The notes beneath the pieces are model-generated. The model did no database searches, had not been told where the DNA came from, and saw only the letters and a list, made by a program, of their open reading frames with translations. Below, piece after piece: positions 54,070 to 64,000 of a stretch of DNA of 64,000 bases. A program made the position numbers and the translations under genes. Origin of the DNA: an uncultured Verrucomicrobiae bacterium (lineage in GTDB: Bacteria; Verrucomicrobiota; Verrucomicrobiia; Opitutales; JABDGR01); NCBI GenBank assembly GCA_963765205.1, contig CAVXVB010000009.1, positions 992,001 to 1,056,000 of the forward strand. Reading direction: 5' to 3'. Numbering within the stretch: the first letter of the stretch is position 1; the number at the start of each line of letters is the position of its first letter.

Positions 54070-54278
54070 TTAGCCAGAATTGAAGGGGGCGGACAAAAGC
54101 TTTCGCAGTCAACGAAACACAACTCGCCAAAGGAAAGACCCTCCGTCAGACCAATCCTATAGCCAACGATTTTGCCCGCACAAGCTCGAAAAGCCAACCT
54201 TTTTCCCTTGCCACCCTGCCCGAAATTCACTTTGTTCACCCATTCCCTACATCTCTTCGACCCTCAACATTTACTTAT

Positions 54279-54509
54279 ATGTCCCGCATCTGTTCTGTTA
54301 CTGGCAAAGGCCCGACCAAAGGAAGCATCGTCCACCGCCGTGGCGTCTTCAAAAAAGCCGGCGGCATCGGCACCCACGTGACCAAGCGCACGCGCCGCGC
54401 CTTCCGCCCCAATCTCCAGCGCATCCGCGTCAAGCTCCCCAGCGGGCAGATTAAGCGCGTGTGGGTCTCGGTCAAAGTGCTCAAGGCCGGCCTGGTGCAA
54501 AAGGTTTAG
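54279..54509 (+). CDS. rpmB: 50S ribosomal protein L28
   Basis: MSRICSVTGK, TRRAFRPNLQ. Confidence 0.95.
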   Translation: MSRICSVTGKGPTKGSIVHRRGVFKKAGGIGTHVTKRTRRAFRPNLQRIRVKLPSGQIKRVWVSVKVLKAGLVQKV

Positions 54510-54683
54510 CGCCGGCTGGTTAATGTTTATTTAACGCATCCTGCTTAAACGCAGCCGGGATAAGGCTTGCCCCGCATTTCAAACAACCGTTTGATTTCCG
54601 CTTGACACCAAACGCCGCGAACCATAGTTAACACGGCTCGCCCTCCCGCCGAACCCGCGACCTTCTCCGCCGCCGCTATTTTT

Positions 54684-55925
54684 ATGAATGCCTCCGGTAT
54701 CACTTTTCCCTCCCCGCCCCGGTGCGCCTGGGCGCTGCCGCTGGTCGCCTTTCTGGCTCTGCTCGCCGCTTGCAGCAAGCCCAACACCGCCGCCTCCGCC
54801 ATGCCGGCCATGCCCCCCAAGGCCGTCACCGCCGCCACCGCCATCACCCGCGACGTGCCGCAATACCTTGACGCCGACGGCGTGACCACGGCCTCCCAAT
54901 CCATCAACATTGTGTCCCAAGTTGAAGGCCAGATTGTCGAAATGCCCTTCCAGCAAGGTTCGATGGTGAAAAAAGGGGACAAGCTGGCCGTGATCTTCCA
55001 ACCCCCCTTCGAAGCCGCGGTCAAAAAAGCCGAGGGCCAGGTGGCCACGGACAACGCCAACCTCAAACTCGCGAATGATACCTTGGAGCGCAATAAGCTC
55101 CTCCTGCCCCAAAAACTCGTCTCACAGGAACAAATTGACACCTTTTCCGCCCAAGTGGACGCGCTCCAGGGCCAGTTGGAACAGGACCAAGCCCTCTTGC
55201 AAACCGCCCAAATCAACCTGGATTACACCACCATCACCGCCCCGGTGGACGGCATGGTCGGCACCTTCCGCATCAATGTCGGCAACGTCGTCAAAGTCAA
55301 CGACGTGCCCATCACCACCATCCAGACGATGGACCCCATTTATGCGGACTTCGTCATCTCCGAATCGGATTTTCCCGCCTTGCGCCAGCGCTTCAATGAC
55401 AATGGCGGCAAGCTCGCCGTGCATGTGTCCAGCCTGTCCGACGCCAAGGCCCAGCGCGATGGCGAACTGACCATCCTTGGCAACGCCGTGGGCAGCACTA
55501 CGGGCACCGTGCCCCTGCGTGCGACCCTCCCAAATGACAATCTCCTGTTTTGGCCCAACCAGCCCATCCATGTGCGCATCCTGCTCAACACCATTCCAAA
55601 CGCCGTGCTGGTTCCGGAATCAGCGGTGATGCTCAGCCAGCAAGGTGAATTTGTCTTTGTGGTGGCTCCGTCGGACAAGCCGGGTGGGCCGCCCGTCGCC
55701 CAAATGCGTATCGTGCAAACCGGCCAAACCCAGGAAGACGGCACCAAAGTCATCACTTCCGGCCTCAAGTCCGGCGAACAAGTCGTCACCGAAGGCCAGG
55801 TCTTTCTCGCCCCCACCATGCCGCTGAATGTTGTGGATTTGGACGGCAAGCCCACGGCGTCGACCCCCGCCGCTTCCGCCGCTTCTGGTGCCCCTGCCGT
55901 CGCCAGCGACAGCGCCACCAAGTAG
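54684..55925 (+). CDS. RND efflux periplasmic adaptor (MdtA-like lipoprotein)
   Basis: Lipobox LAAC; VKKGD, LDYTTITAPVDG, TTGTVPLRATLPN, GLKSGEQVV. Confidence 0.93.
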   Translation: MNASGITFPSPPRCAWALPLVAFLALLAACSKPNTAASAMPAMPPKAVTAATAITRDVPQYLDADGVTTASQSINIVSQVEGQIVEMPFQQGSMVKKGDKLAVIFQPPFEAAVKKAEGQVATDNANLKLANDTLERNKLLLPQKLVSQEQIDTFSAQVDALQGQLEQDQALLQTAQINLDYTTITAPVDGMVGTFRINVGNVVKVNDVPITTIQTMDPIYADFVISESDFPALRQRFNDNGGKLAVHVSSLSDAKAQRDGELTILGNAVGSTTGTVPLRATLPNDNLLFWPNQPIHVRILLNTIPNAVLVPESAVMLSQQGEFVFVVAPSDKPGGPPVAQMRIVQTGQTQEDGTKVITSGLKSGEQVVTEGQVFLAPTMPLNVVDLDGKPTASTPAASAASGAPAVASDSATK

Positions 55926-55982
55926 TAATCCACTGCCCTCTTTCTTCTGCCGCGCCTTCCCGCCACCCGCGCCCTGTTGACC

Positions 55983-58900
55983 ATGAAAAGCCTGTCCGAA
56001 CCGTTTATCAACCGCCCGGTGATGACCATGCTGGTCTTCCTCGCCGTGGCGGTCGCCGGCGTTTATTCCTACCTGGCGATGCCGGTGAGCGACCTGCCCA
56101 CGGTGGATTATCCGATTATCAAAGTCACCGTCGCCTACCCCGGCGCCAGCCCCGAAGTGATGGCCAACAACGTCGCCTCGCCGCTCGAACAGCAATTCCT
56201 CCAAATTCCCGGCATCGAACTGGTCGCCTCCAACAACGCCCTCGGCAGTTCCACCATCACCCTCCAGTTCCACCTCGACAAATCCATTGACGGCGCGGCC
56301 TCCGACGTGCAGGCGGCCATCCAAGCCGCGGCGGGCAGCCTCCCGCAAGATCTCCCCTCCCCGCCCACCTTTCAAAAGGTCAACCCCAACGACCTGCCGG
56401 TCATCTTCTTCGGCATGATCTCGTATTCGATGACCGCGACCGACCTCTACGATTATGCCTACACCAATGTCGCCCAACGCATCCAAACCGTGGACGGCGT
56501 CGCCAGCGTCAATGTTTACGGCTCGCCCCGCGCCGTCCGCATCGAAGTGGACCCGCGCAAATTGTTCGCCCGCGGCTTGACCTTCAGCGACATCAACACC
56601 GCCGTCCAGGCCGGCACCTCGCTCCAAAGCGCGGGTGAACTCAAAGGGGGCACCATCCAGCTCACTGTCAAGCCCCAGACCCAGCTCAGCAAAGCCGCCG
56701 ACTACGCCAACATCATCATCGCCTACAAGGACGGCGCGCCCGTCTTTCTCCGCGATGTCGCCGATTGCGTGGACTCCGTGCAGATGGAAGACTTGAAAAT
56801 GGCTTACACCGCCCGCGGCCTCCAGCCCGGCTCGGTCGGCTGTGTGCTCGCCGTCGTCAAGGCCAGCGGGGCCAACAACATTGATGTCGCGAACGGCGTG
56901 CTCAAGTTGCTCCCCGTCGTCCGCGCCAGCATGCCCCCGTCCATCCAGCTCATTCCCATTTACAACCGCGCCATTAACATCGAGCACTCCCTCGCGGATG
57001 TGGACGTGACCTTGCTCATCGCCTTCGTGCTCGTCGTCCTGGTCGTGTTCCTCTTCCTCGGGCGCGTGCGCGACACCATCATCCCCGCCGTCGCGCTGCC
57101 CATGTCGCTGTTGTTGACGTTCGTGGTCATGAATCTCTGCGGTTACTCGCTGGACAATCTTTCACTCATGGCCCTGACCCTCTCCGTCGGCTTCCTGATT
57201 GACGACGCCATCGTCTTTTTGGAAAACATGGTCCGCCGCATGGAGGCGGGCGAAAAAGTTTGGGATGCGGTCTTTGCCGGCGCCAAGGAAATCAGCTTCA
57301 CCATCCTGGCGATGACCCTTTCGCTCGGCTCCGTTTTCATCCCCCTGGTCGGCATGGGCGGCATGATGGGCCGCGTCTTCCGCGAATTCGGCGTCACCAT
57401 CATCGTGGCCGTCGTCGCCTCCGGCGTCGTGTCGCTGACGCTGACGCCCATGATGTGCTCGCGCCTGCTTAAGGAATACAACGTTGCCACTCGCAGTTGG
57501 CTCGAGCGCACCGCCCACCATATCGAGGACTTGTTCCTTAAAATTTACAGCCCCACGCTCACCTTCGCCCTCAAGCACTGGTATTTTTCCGTCCTGGCCT
57601 ACTTCGCCTGTTTTTTTGGTGTCATCCTGTTCTACAACATGGTGCCCAAGTCCTTTCTCCCCGTCGGCGATAGCGGCTTCATCTTCGGCGCCTGGCTTGC
57701 GGACACCGACACTTCCCCGCACCAAATGCAACAAATGCAGGATGGCATCGTCCAGGCCATCAGTAAAAACGACCATGTCGCCGGGTTTGTCACCGTCAGC
57801 GGCTTTTCCTCGCGCACTAATTCCAACACCGGCATCACCTTCATCGCCCTCGACGACCCCAAGGTCAAGCCGCGCCCATCCATTCAGGTGGTGAACGATC
57901 AAATCAGCGCCGAAATGAGCAAAATCCCCGGCGTCATCCCCGCCATCCGCCCCCGCGCCAGCCTCCAAATCAGCGCCGGCGTTGTCAGCACCACCCAGGG
58001 TGGTTACGCCTACCTCCTCTATGGGCTGGACAAGAACAAGGTTTATTCCAGCGCCATGGCCATGATGGGCGCCATGCGCCAGCGGCGCGATTTGTTCACC
58101 CGGGTAAGTTCCGACTATTGGCCCGACAACCGCCAGTTGGAAGTGAATGTGAACCGGGACCAGGCCTCCGGTTATGGCGTCGGCGCCACCACCATGGCCC
58201 AAAACATCGGCAACGCCTACTCACAGAATTACTCCTATTTGATTAAAAGTGACTACCTGCAATACTGGGTCGTCGTCGAAGCCGCACCCCAATTCCGGGC
58301 CAAGGCCAGCAACCTCAATGACATCTATTTCAACTCCCTGGTTAACCAAACCCCGCTCTATTCCGACTCCAGCTTCCTCAGTGATGCCCTCGGCAGCAAA
58401 CTCGTGCCCTTCCACACCGTTGCCTCGTCCAAAGTCACCCTCGGCCCCCTCGCCGTCAACCACTTCCAAGGTTTCACTTCCGTCACCATTTTTTTCGACA
58501 TCCCCCCCGGCGTGGCCATCGGCACCGCCACCGACTTCATTGACCAAACCGCCACCAAACTCGTCCCCCCGGGCATCACCGGCGGCTTCCAGGGCGACGC
58601 CCTGGTCTTTCACCAGACGGTGGTGCAAATGGGGTTGATGGCCATCGTCGCCGTCTTTGTGATGTATATCATCCTCGGCGTGCTGTATGAGAGCTACATC
58701 CACCCCGTCACCGTGCTGCTGTCCATCCCTCCGGCCATTGTCGGCGGTCTGGCGACCCTGGCGCTGTTCCATCAGGAGTTGTCCCTCTTCGGCTGGATTG
58801 GCCTTTTCATGCTCGCCGGCATCGTCAAGAAAAACGCCATCATGATGATTGACTTCGCCATCATGCGCCAGGCCGAGGGCCGCACTCCGGTGGACGCTGT

Positions 58901-59207
58901 CCACGAAGCTTGCCTCGAACGCTTCCGCCCCATCATTATGACCACCTGCGCCGCCTTTTTCGGCTCGCTCCCTCTCGCCGTCGGTTATGGTGCGGATTCC
59001 GCGTCGCGCCAGCCTCTCGGTCTCGCCATCTGCGGCGGCCTGCTCGTCTCGCAACTCGTCACCCTTTACGTCACGCCCGTGACCTACCTCGGTTTCGAGT
59101 GGTTGCAAACCCATGTCCTCGATCGCACCCCCTTCTTCGCCCGCCGCCACAAGGATACAACCACCCCGCCGCCCGCGCCTCCGCCTGCCCAACCGCAACA
59201 CGCCTGA
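55983..59207 (+). CDS. RND efflux permease (MdtB/MdtC/AcrB family)
   Basis: FINRPV, GASPE, DDAIVFLEN, GIVKKNAIMMIDF, RFRPIIMTT. Confidence 0.96.
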   Translation: MKSLSEPFINRPVMTMLVFLAVAVAGVYSYLAMPVSDLPTVDYPIIKVTVAYPGASPEVMANNVASPLEQQFLQIPGIELVASNNALGSSTITLQFHLDKSIDGAASDVQAAIQAAAGSLPQDLPSPPTFQKVNPNDLPVIFFGMISYSMTATDLYDYAYTNVAQRIQTVDGVASVNVYGSPRAVRIEVDPRKLFARGLTFSDINTAVQAGTSLQSAGELKGGTIQLTVKPQTQLSKAADYANIIIAYKDGAPVFLRDVADCVDSVQMEDLKMAYTARGLQPGSVGCVLAVVKASGANNIDVANGVLKLLPVVRASMPPSIQLIPIYNRAINIEHSLADVDVTLLIAFVLVVLVVFLFLGRVRDTIIPAVALPMSLLLTFVVMNLCGYSLDNLSLMALTLSVGFLIDDAIVFLENMVRRMEAGEKVWDAVFAGAKEISFTILAMTLSLGSVFIPLVGMGGMMGRVFREFGVTIIVAVVASGVVSLTLTPMMCSRLLKEYNVATRSWLERTAHHIEDLFLKIYSPTLTFALKHWYFSVLAYFACFFGVILFYNMVPKSFLPVGDSGFIFGAWLADTDTSPHQMQQMQDGIVQAISKNDHVAGFVTVSGFSSRTNSNTGITFIALDDPKVKPRPSIQVVNDQISAEMSKIPGVIPAIRPRASLQISAGVVSTTQGGYAYLLYGLDKNKVYSSAMAMMGAMRQRRDLFTRVSSDYWPDNRQLEVNVNRDQASGYGVGATTMAQNIGNAYSQNYSYLIKSDYLQYWVVVEAAPQFRAKASNLNDIYFNSLVNQTPLYSDSSFLSDALGSKLVPFHTVASSKVTLGPLAVNHFQGFTSVTIFFDIPPGVAIGTATDFIDQTATKLVPPGITGGFQGDALVFHQTVVQMGLMAIVAVFVMYIILGVLYESYIHPVTVLLSIPPAIVGGLATLALFHQELSLFGWIGLFMLAGIVKKNAIMMIDFAIMRQAEGRTPVDAVHEACLERFRPIIMTTCAAFFGSLPLAVGYGADSASRQPLGLAICGGLLVSQLVTLYVTPVTYLGFEWLQTHVLDRTPFFARRHKDTTTPPPAPPPAQPQHA

Positions 59208-59225
59208 TTGCCGCCGCCTCCGCTC

Positions 59226-60663
59226 ATGAACATCTTGCGCCCCGTATTCTTCACCGCCGCCCTCGCCGCCCTCTGTGCCGGCTGTGTGGACGTGGACAAG
59301 GAAGTCGCCGCCAGCCCGCAGGAATACTGGCAGCCCGTCGAGCGTGCCCAGCCTTCGCAACCTCTCGCCCTGCCCGCCCCCCCCCCCAATGTCGTCGGCG
59401 GCAACTTGACCTTGCCCGCCTTGGTGGACATCGCCCTCACCAACAGCCCCCTCACCCGCGCCGCTTGGTATAACGCCAAAGCCGCCGCTGCCCAACTCGG
59501 CGAGACCAACAGCCAATATTACCCCCAAGTTTCCGTCAACGCCACGGTGCAACGCGACAAGGAACGCGTCGTCGGTCTTAACGGCGAGACTTTCGCGGCG
59601 GGCACCACCTACTCGACCTCCTACGGGCCGGCCATCGAAATCAACTACGTCCTCTGGAATTTCGGCAAGAACTACGCCCTCACCGAATCCTCCCGCCAAG
59701 CCCTCTACGCCGCCGACTACAACTACAACCAGCAAATCGAAGACGTTATCCTCTCCGCCGAACTCGCCTACTACAACTTCGACGCCGCCGAAGGCTTTGT
59801 CGCCGCCGCTCAGGCCACCCTCGACGACGCCAACACCACTTACAATGCCGCCAAGACGCGCCTTGACGCCGGCCTTGGCACCACGCAGGACGAACGCCAG
59901 GCCTTCGCCCAGGTCCAAAGCGCCGAATACCAGCTTTACCTTGCCCAAGCGCAGGTCGAAACCACCCGCGCCCAACTCGCCCAAACCCTCGGCATCGCCG
60001 TCACCGCCAACTTCAACATCGAGCGCAGCCAGACCATGGCCGACACCTCGACGCTCGACACCAACATTGACAACCTCATGGCCGCCGCCATGCGCCAACG
60101 ACCCGACCTGATGGCCGCCTACGCCAACCTCCGCCAGTCCCAATTCAACGTCGAAGCCGCCAAAGACGACCAAAAGCCCGTCGTCTCCGCCTTTGCCAAC
60201 GGCAGCTACAGCAACGAATCCGGTGGCGCCACCATCGGCAACCCCTCCAACAGCTATCAAGTCGGCCTTGAATTATCCTGGCAGATTTTCACCGGCTTCG
60301 AGAAAACCTACGCCATCCTTAACGCCGAAAACCAGGCCGAAGCCGCGCGCGCCAACCTCCGCGCCCAGGAACTCAAAGTCGTCACCGACATCTGGAATTA
60401 TTTCTACTCCTACAAAAGCGCCCTCCAGCAAGTCGGCGCCGCCAAAGCGCAAGTGGACGCCCAGCAGGAAGCCTACAACGCCATCAGCAAAGGCTATGAC
60501 GCCGGCCTGAATTCGGTACGTGGACCTCCTCACCGCCCTCAGCAACCTCGCCACCGCCCGCCAGCAGCAAGTCCAGACCGACGCCAACCTCGGCGCCTCC
60601 ATCGCCAACCTCGCCCACGCCACCGGCCGCATCCCCCTGGCCTCTGCCCCGCCGGCGAAGTAG
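59226..60663 (+). CDS. TolC-family outer membrane efflux lipoprotein; apparent frameshift near 60515
   Basis: Lipobox CAGC; OEP repeats (RPDL); C-terminus YVDLLTALSNL..ATG is in a shifted frame ending at TAG 60661-60663. Confidence 0.88.
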
Positions 60664-60707
60664 AATTTAGCTTCGCGCTCTTTGCGCCTTCGCGGTGAAA
60701 ATCCGCT

Positions 60708-63700
60708 TCACACACCCGCCACCGGCGTGCGCAAATCCAGCGTGAAGGGGAACTCCGGCAGCATTTCCTCGCGCGGCAGTGCCGCGAGCGGCCCCGCTGT
60801 GTGCCCGGTCGGAAAATACCGCGCCAGCCGCCGGCTCTCCGCCTCGTAGGCGTTCACCGGGAAGGTCACGTAATTGCGCCCGCCCGGATGCGCGACGTGA
60901 TAGGTGCAGCCGCCCACCGCCCGCCCGTTCCACGCGTCAATCAAGTCAAACACCAGCGGCGCGTTCGACTTGATCGTCGGGTGCAAACATTCCGGCGGCT
61001 GCCACGCGCGGTAACGCACCCCCGCCACGTATTCGCCGACCGTCCCCGTGTTGTGCAGCGGCACCCGCCGCCCGTTGCAGGCGACCATGTAACGCTCCGG
61101 GTTCAGCCCGCGCGCCCGCACCTGCATCCGCTCGACCGAGCTGTCCACGAACCGCACCGTGTTGCCCGCCGCGCCCGTCTCGCCCATGACGTGCCACGGC
61201 TCGAGCGCGTGGCGCAGCTCCAGCTCGACCTCGCGGTAGTGCGTCTTGCCGTAGAACGGAAACTTGAACTCAAAGTGCGGCGCAAACCACGCGTCGTCGA
61301 ACGCCAGCCCGTGCTCGCGCAATTCGCCCAGCACGTCGCCAAAATCCTGCCACACAAAATGCGGCAGCATCCAGCGGTCGTGCAATTCCGTGCCCCAGCG
61401 CGTCAGCCGCGCGGGCTCATACGGCTGCTCCGCAAACCGCGCGACCAGCCCGCGCAAGAGCAACTGCTGCGCGAGGCTCATCCGCGCGTGCGGCGGCATC
61501 TCGAACGCCCGCATTTCCAGCAGGCCCAGCCGCCCGGTCGTCCCCTCGGGGCTGTAAAGTTTATCAATGCAAAATTCCGCGCGGTGAGTGTTGCCCGCCA
61601 CGTCAATGAGCAGGTTGCGCAAAATCCGGTCCACCAGCCACGGCGGCCCGCCGCGCGCCTCGCGCAACTTGGCGAACGCGATTTCCAGCTCGTAGAGCGA
61701 GTCGTTGCGCGCCTCGTCCACGCGCGGCGCCTGGCTCGTCGGCCCGATGAACAGCCCGGAAAATAAATACGACAGCGACGGATGCTGGTGCCAGTAGGCG
61801 ATCAAGCTCGCCAGCAAATCCGGCCGGCGCAGCAGCGGGCTGTCCGCCGGCGTTGCGCCGCCAATCACAATATGATTGCCGCCCCCGGTGCCGGTGTGCC
61901 GGCCGTCAATCATGAACTTCTCGGTGCCCAGCCGCGTGTAATGCGCGTCCTCGTATAGCCCCGTCGTGATGTCCACCAGCTCGGTCCAGTTGTGCGCCGG
62001 CTGCACGTTGACCTCGATCACGCCCGGGTCCGGCGTGACCTTGAGGACATTGAGCCGGTGGTCATACGGCGGCGGGTAGCCCTCGATGAGCACCGGCGTA
62101 TCCAGCGCCGCCGCCGTGGCCTCGATGCGCGCTGTCAGATCCAGGTAATCCTCCGTCGTCGGCAGCGGCGGCATGAAGACGAATAATTTCCCGTCGCGCG
62201 GCTCGACGCACAACGCCGTGCGCACGATCCAGCTCGCTGATTGCTGCGGCCCCGGCAAGGCCAGCGGGCTGCGTCCCGTCTCGCGCCCGGGTTGCGGCTG
62301 CCCGTGCAAGGTGCCCAGGCCTCCCTCACCCACACCGCGACCCCCGCCCGCGCCGCCACTCCCGCCCGGCGTCCCTGGCGCGCGCCCACCATGGCCCGCC
62401 GCCGGAATGCTCAGTTGCATCAGCATCTGCTCGCGCGACGGCAACGGCGGCTGCGGCGCCTGCGGGTCGGGCGTCACCACATAATAATAGTCGGCCGGCG
62501 CGGCCCACGGCGTTGATTCCGCCGGCAACCGGAAGCCAATCGGCGAATCCCCCGGAATCAGAAAGCAATGTTCCTGGCGCAAAAACCACGGCCCGCTCGC
62601 CCAAAACGGCCCAAAGTCCCCCTCCTTGCGTTGCAGCGGCAGCACGTAGCCCTTCACCGCCCCCAAGCCCTCCTCGAAAATTTTCGTCAGCTGCCGGCGC
62701 TCCTCCGGGTCCTTGAGATTGCTTTTGAACGGGTCCACGTTCGCCGGCAATTTGCGCTCCTTCCACAAATAATACCAGATGTCCTCGAACGCCGGCATCA
62801 GCCAGCGCGCGTTCACGCCCAGCCGCCCCACCAGTTCGCGCGCAAACTTCTCCGCCCGCGCCGCGTCAAAGCCATAATTCTTTTCAAAATCACCCACCAG
62901 CGCCGGATTCTCCCAAATCGGCGCGCCATCCTTGCGCCAGAAACACGCGTCCGACCAGCGCGGCAGCGATTCGCCCGGATACCATTTACCCATCCCCCAG
63001 TGCATCAAGCCGCCCGGCGCAAACCGGTCGCGCAAGCGCTTGATCAGCGTCGCCGACAACTTGCGCTTCAGCGGGCCCACCGCCGTCGTGTTCCATTCCG
63101 GGCCATCCATGTCGTCAATCGAAATGAACGTCGGCTCGCCGCCCATCGTGAGGCGCAAATCGTGGGCGTGGAAAATCGTGTCAATCCCGTGCCCCAGCGA
63201 CTCGATGGACTGCCATTGCTCGTCCGTATACGGCTTCGTCACCCGCGGCGACTCGTAGATGCGCTGCACCCCCATGAAATACTCGAACGTTGTCTCGCAC
63301 TTGGACAAACCGCCCGAGATCGGCGCGGCGCTCCCTGGCGCCGGCGTGGCCGCCAACGGAATATGCCCCTCGCCCGCCAGCAAACCCGAAGTCGGGTCCA
63401 GCCCAATCCAGCCCGCCCCCGGCAGATAAACCTCCGTCCACGCATGCAAATCCGTGAAATCCGCCTCCGCGCCCGACGGCCCGTCCAGCGATTTTACATC
63501 CGCCTTGAGCTGGATCAAATACCCCGACACGAACCGCGCCGCCAGCCCCAGATGCCGCAACAACTGCACCAGCAGCCACGCCGAGTCCCGGCACGACCCC
63601 TTCCGCAACGTCAGCGTCTCCTCGGGCGTTTGCACGCCCGGCTCCAGCCGGATGACGTAATCCACAATCTTGCGCAACTGCTGGTTCAGGTCCACCACGA

Positions 63701-64000
63701 AGTTCACCGTGTTCTTTTTCGACCGGCTCCACCCACGACAACAACTCGCGCAACTTCGGCCCGTCCGCCGTCGGCGGCAGATACGGCGCGAGGTCCCGCT
63801 TCAAGTCCGCATCATATTCAAAAGGGTAATCATCCGCATAAGGCTCGACAAAAAAATCAAATGGATTGAGCACCGCCATCTCCGCCACCAAGTCCACCTC
63901 GACCTTGAATTCCCGCACCGTTTCCGGAAACACCACCCGCGCCTGGTAATTCCCATGCGGGTCCTGCTGCCAGTTCAGGAAATGCCCCGCCGGCTCGACG
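60708..64000 (-). CDS. Transglutaminase-family protein with DUF2126 putative amidoligase domain; frameshift near 63720, N-terminus beyond window
   Basis: [62 protein letters not shown]; upstream part ([19 protein letters not shown]) in another frame. Confidence 0.92.

Noticed and set aside
51532..54162. 876-aa plus-strand ORF and other long antisense ORFs (2281-4269, 28130-29965, 42255-44396, 58221-60260)
   Set aside because: Shadow ORFs opposite well-supported genes; expected with high-GC codon bias; no motifs

Overview
GC-rich bacterial chromosome segment, most likely Verrucomicrobiota (Opitutales-like). This is inferred from the PVC-signature small basic protein, a prepilin protein with an H-X9-DG-like end and an LpxL-GT9 fusion. 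It is mostly core genome: ispE, tadA, hisF, sufS/sufU, ilvE, menF/menD/menB, metG, ftsH, tilS, serS, LPS genes, rpmB, an RND efflux trio, tRNA-Gln(UUG) and tRNA-Lys(CUU). Small accessory pieces are scattered among these. (1) A 586-bp transposase-less element has 26-bp perfect terminal inverted repeats (TIRs), an 8-bp target duplication and an AT-rich passenger ORF (IS1595-like cassette). (2) A four-helix-bundle gene is bracketed by inverted heptamer arrays, and two 'empty' inverted-heptamer pairs sit at nearby gene junctions. (3) An AT-rich in-frame segment lies inside serS, and a GTAG-REP palindrome lies in-frame inside an LPS gene. (4) There is a Type IIG R-M gene with a coupled unknown partner, a YafQ-like toxin-antitoxin (TA) pair, a comM 3' remnant beside a HydE-like radical SAM gene, and a large repeat surface protein with an AT-rich C-terminus. 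About eight apparent frameshifts in seven genes, including ispE, probably reflect sequencing or assembly indels. All calls come from reading the sequence; no database searches were run.
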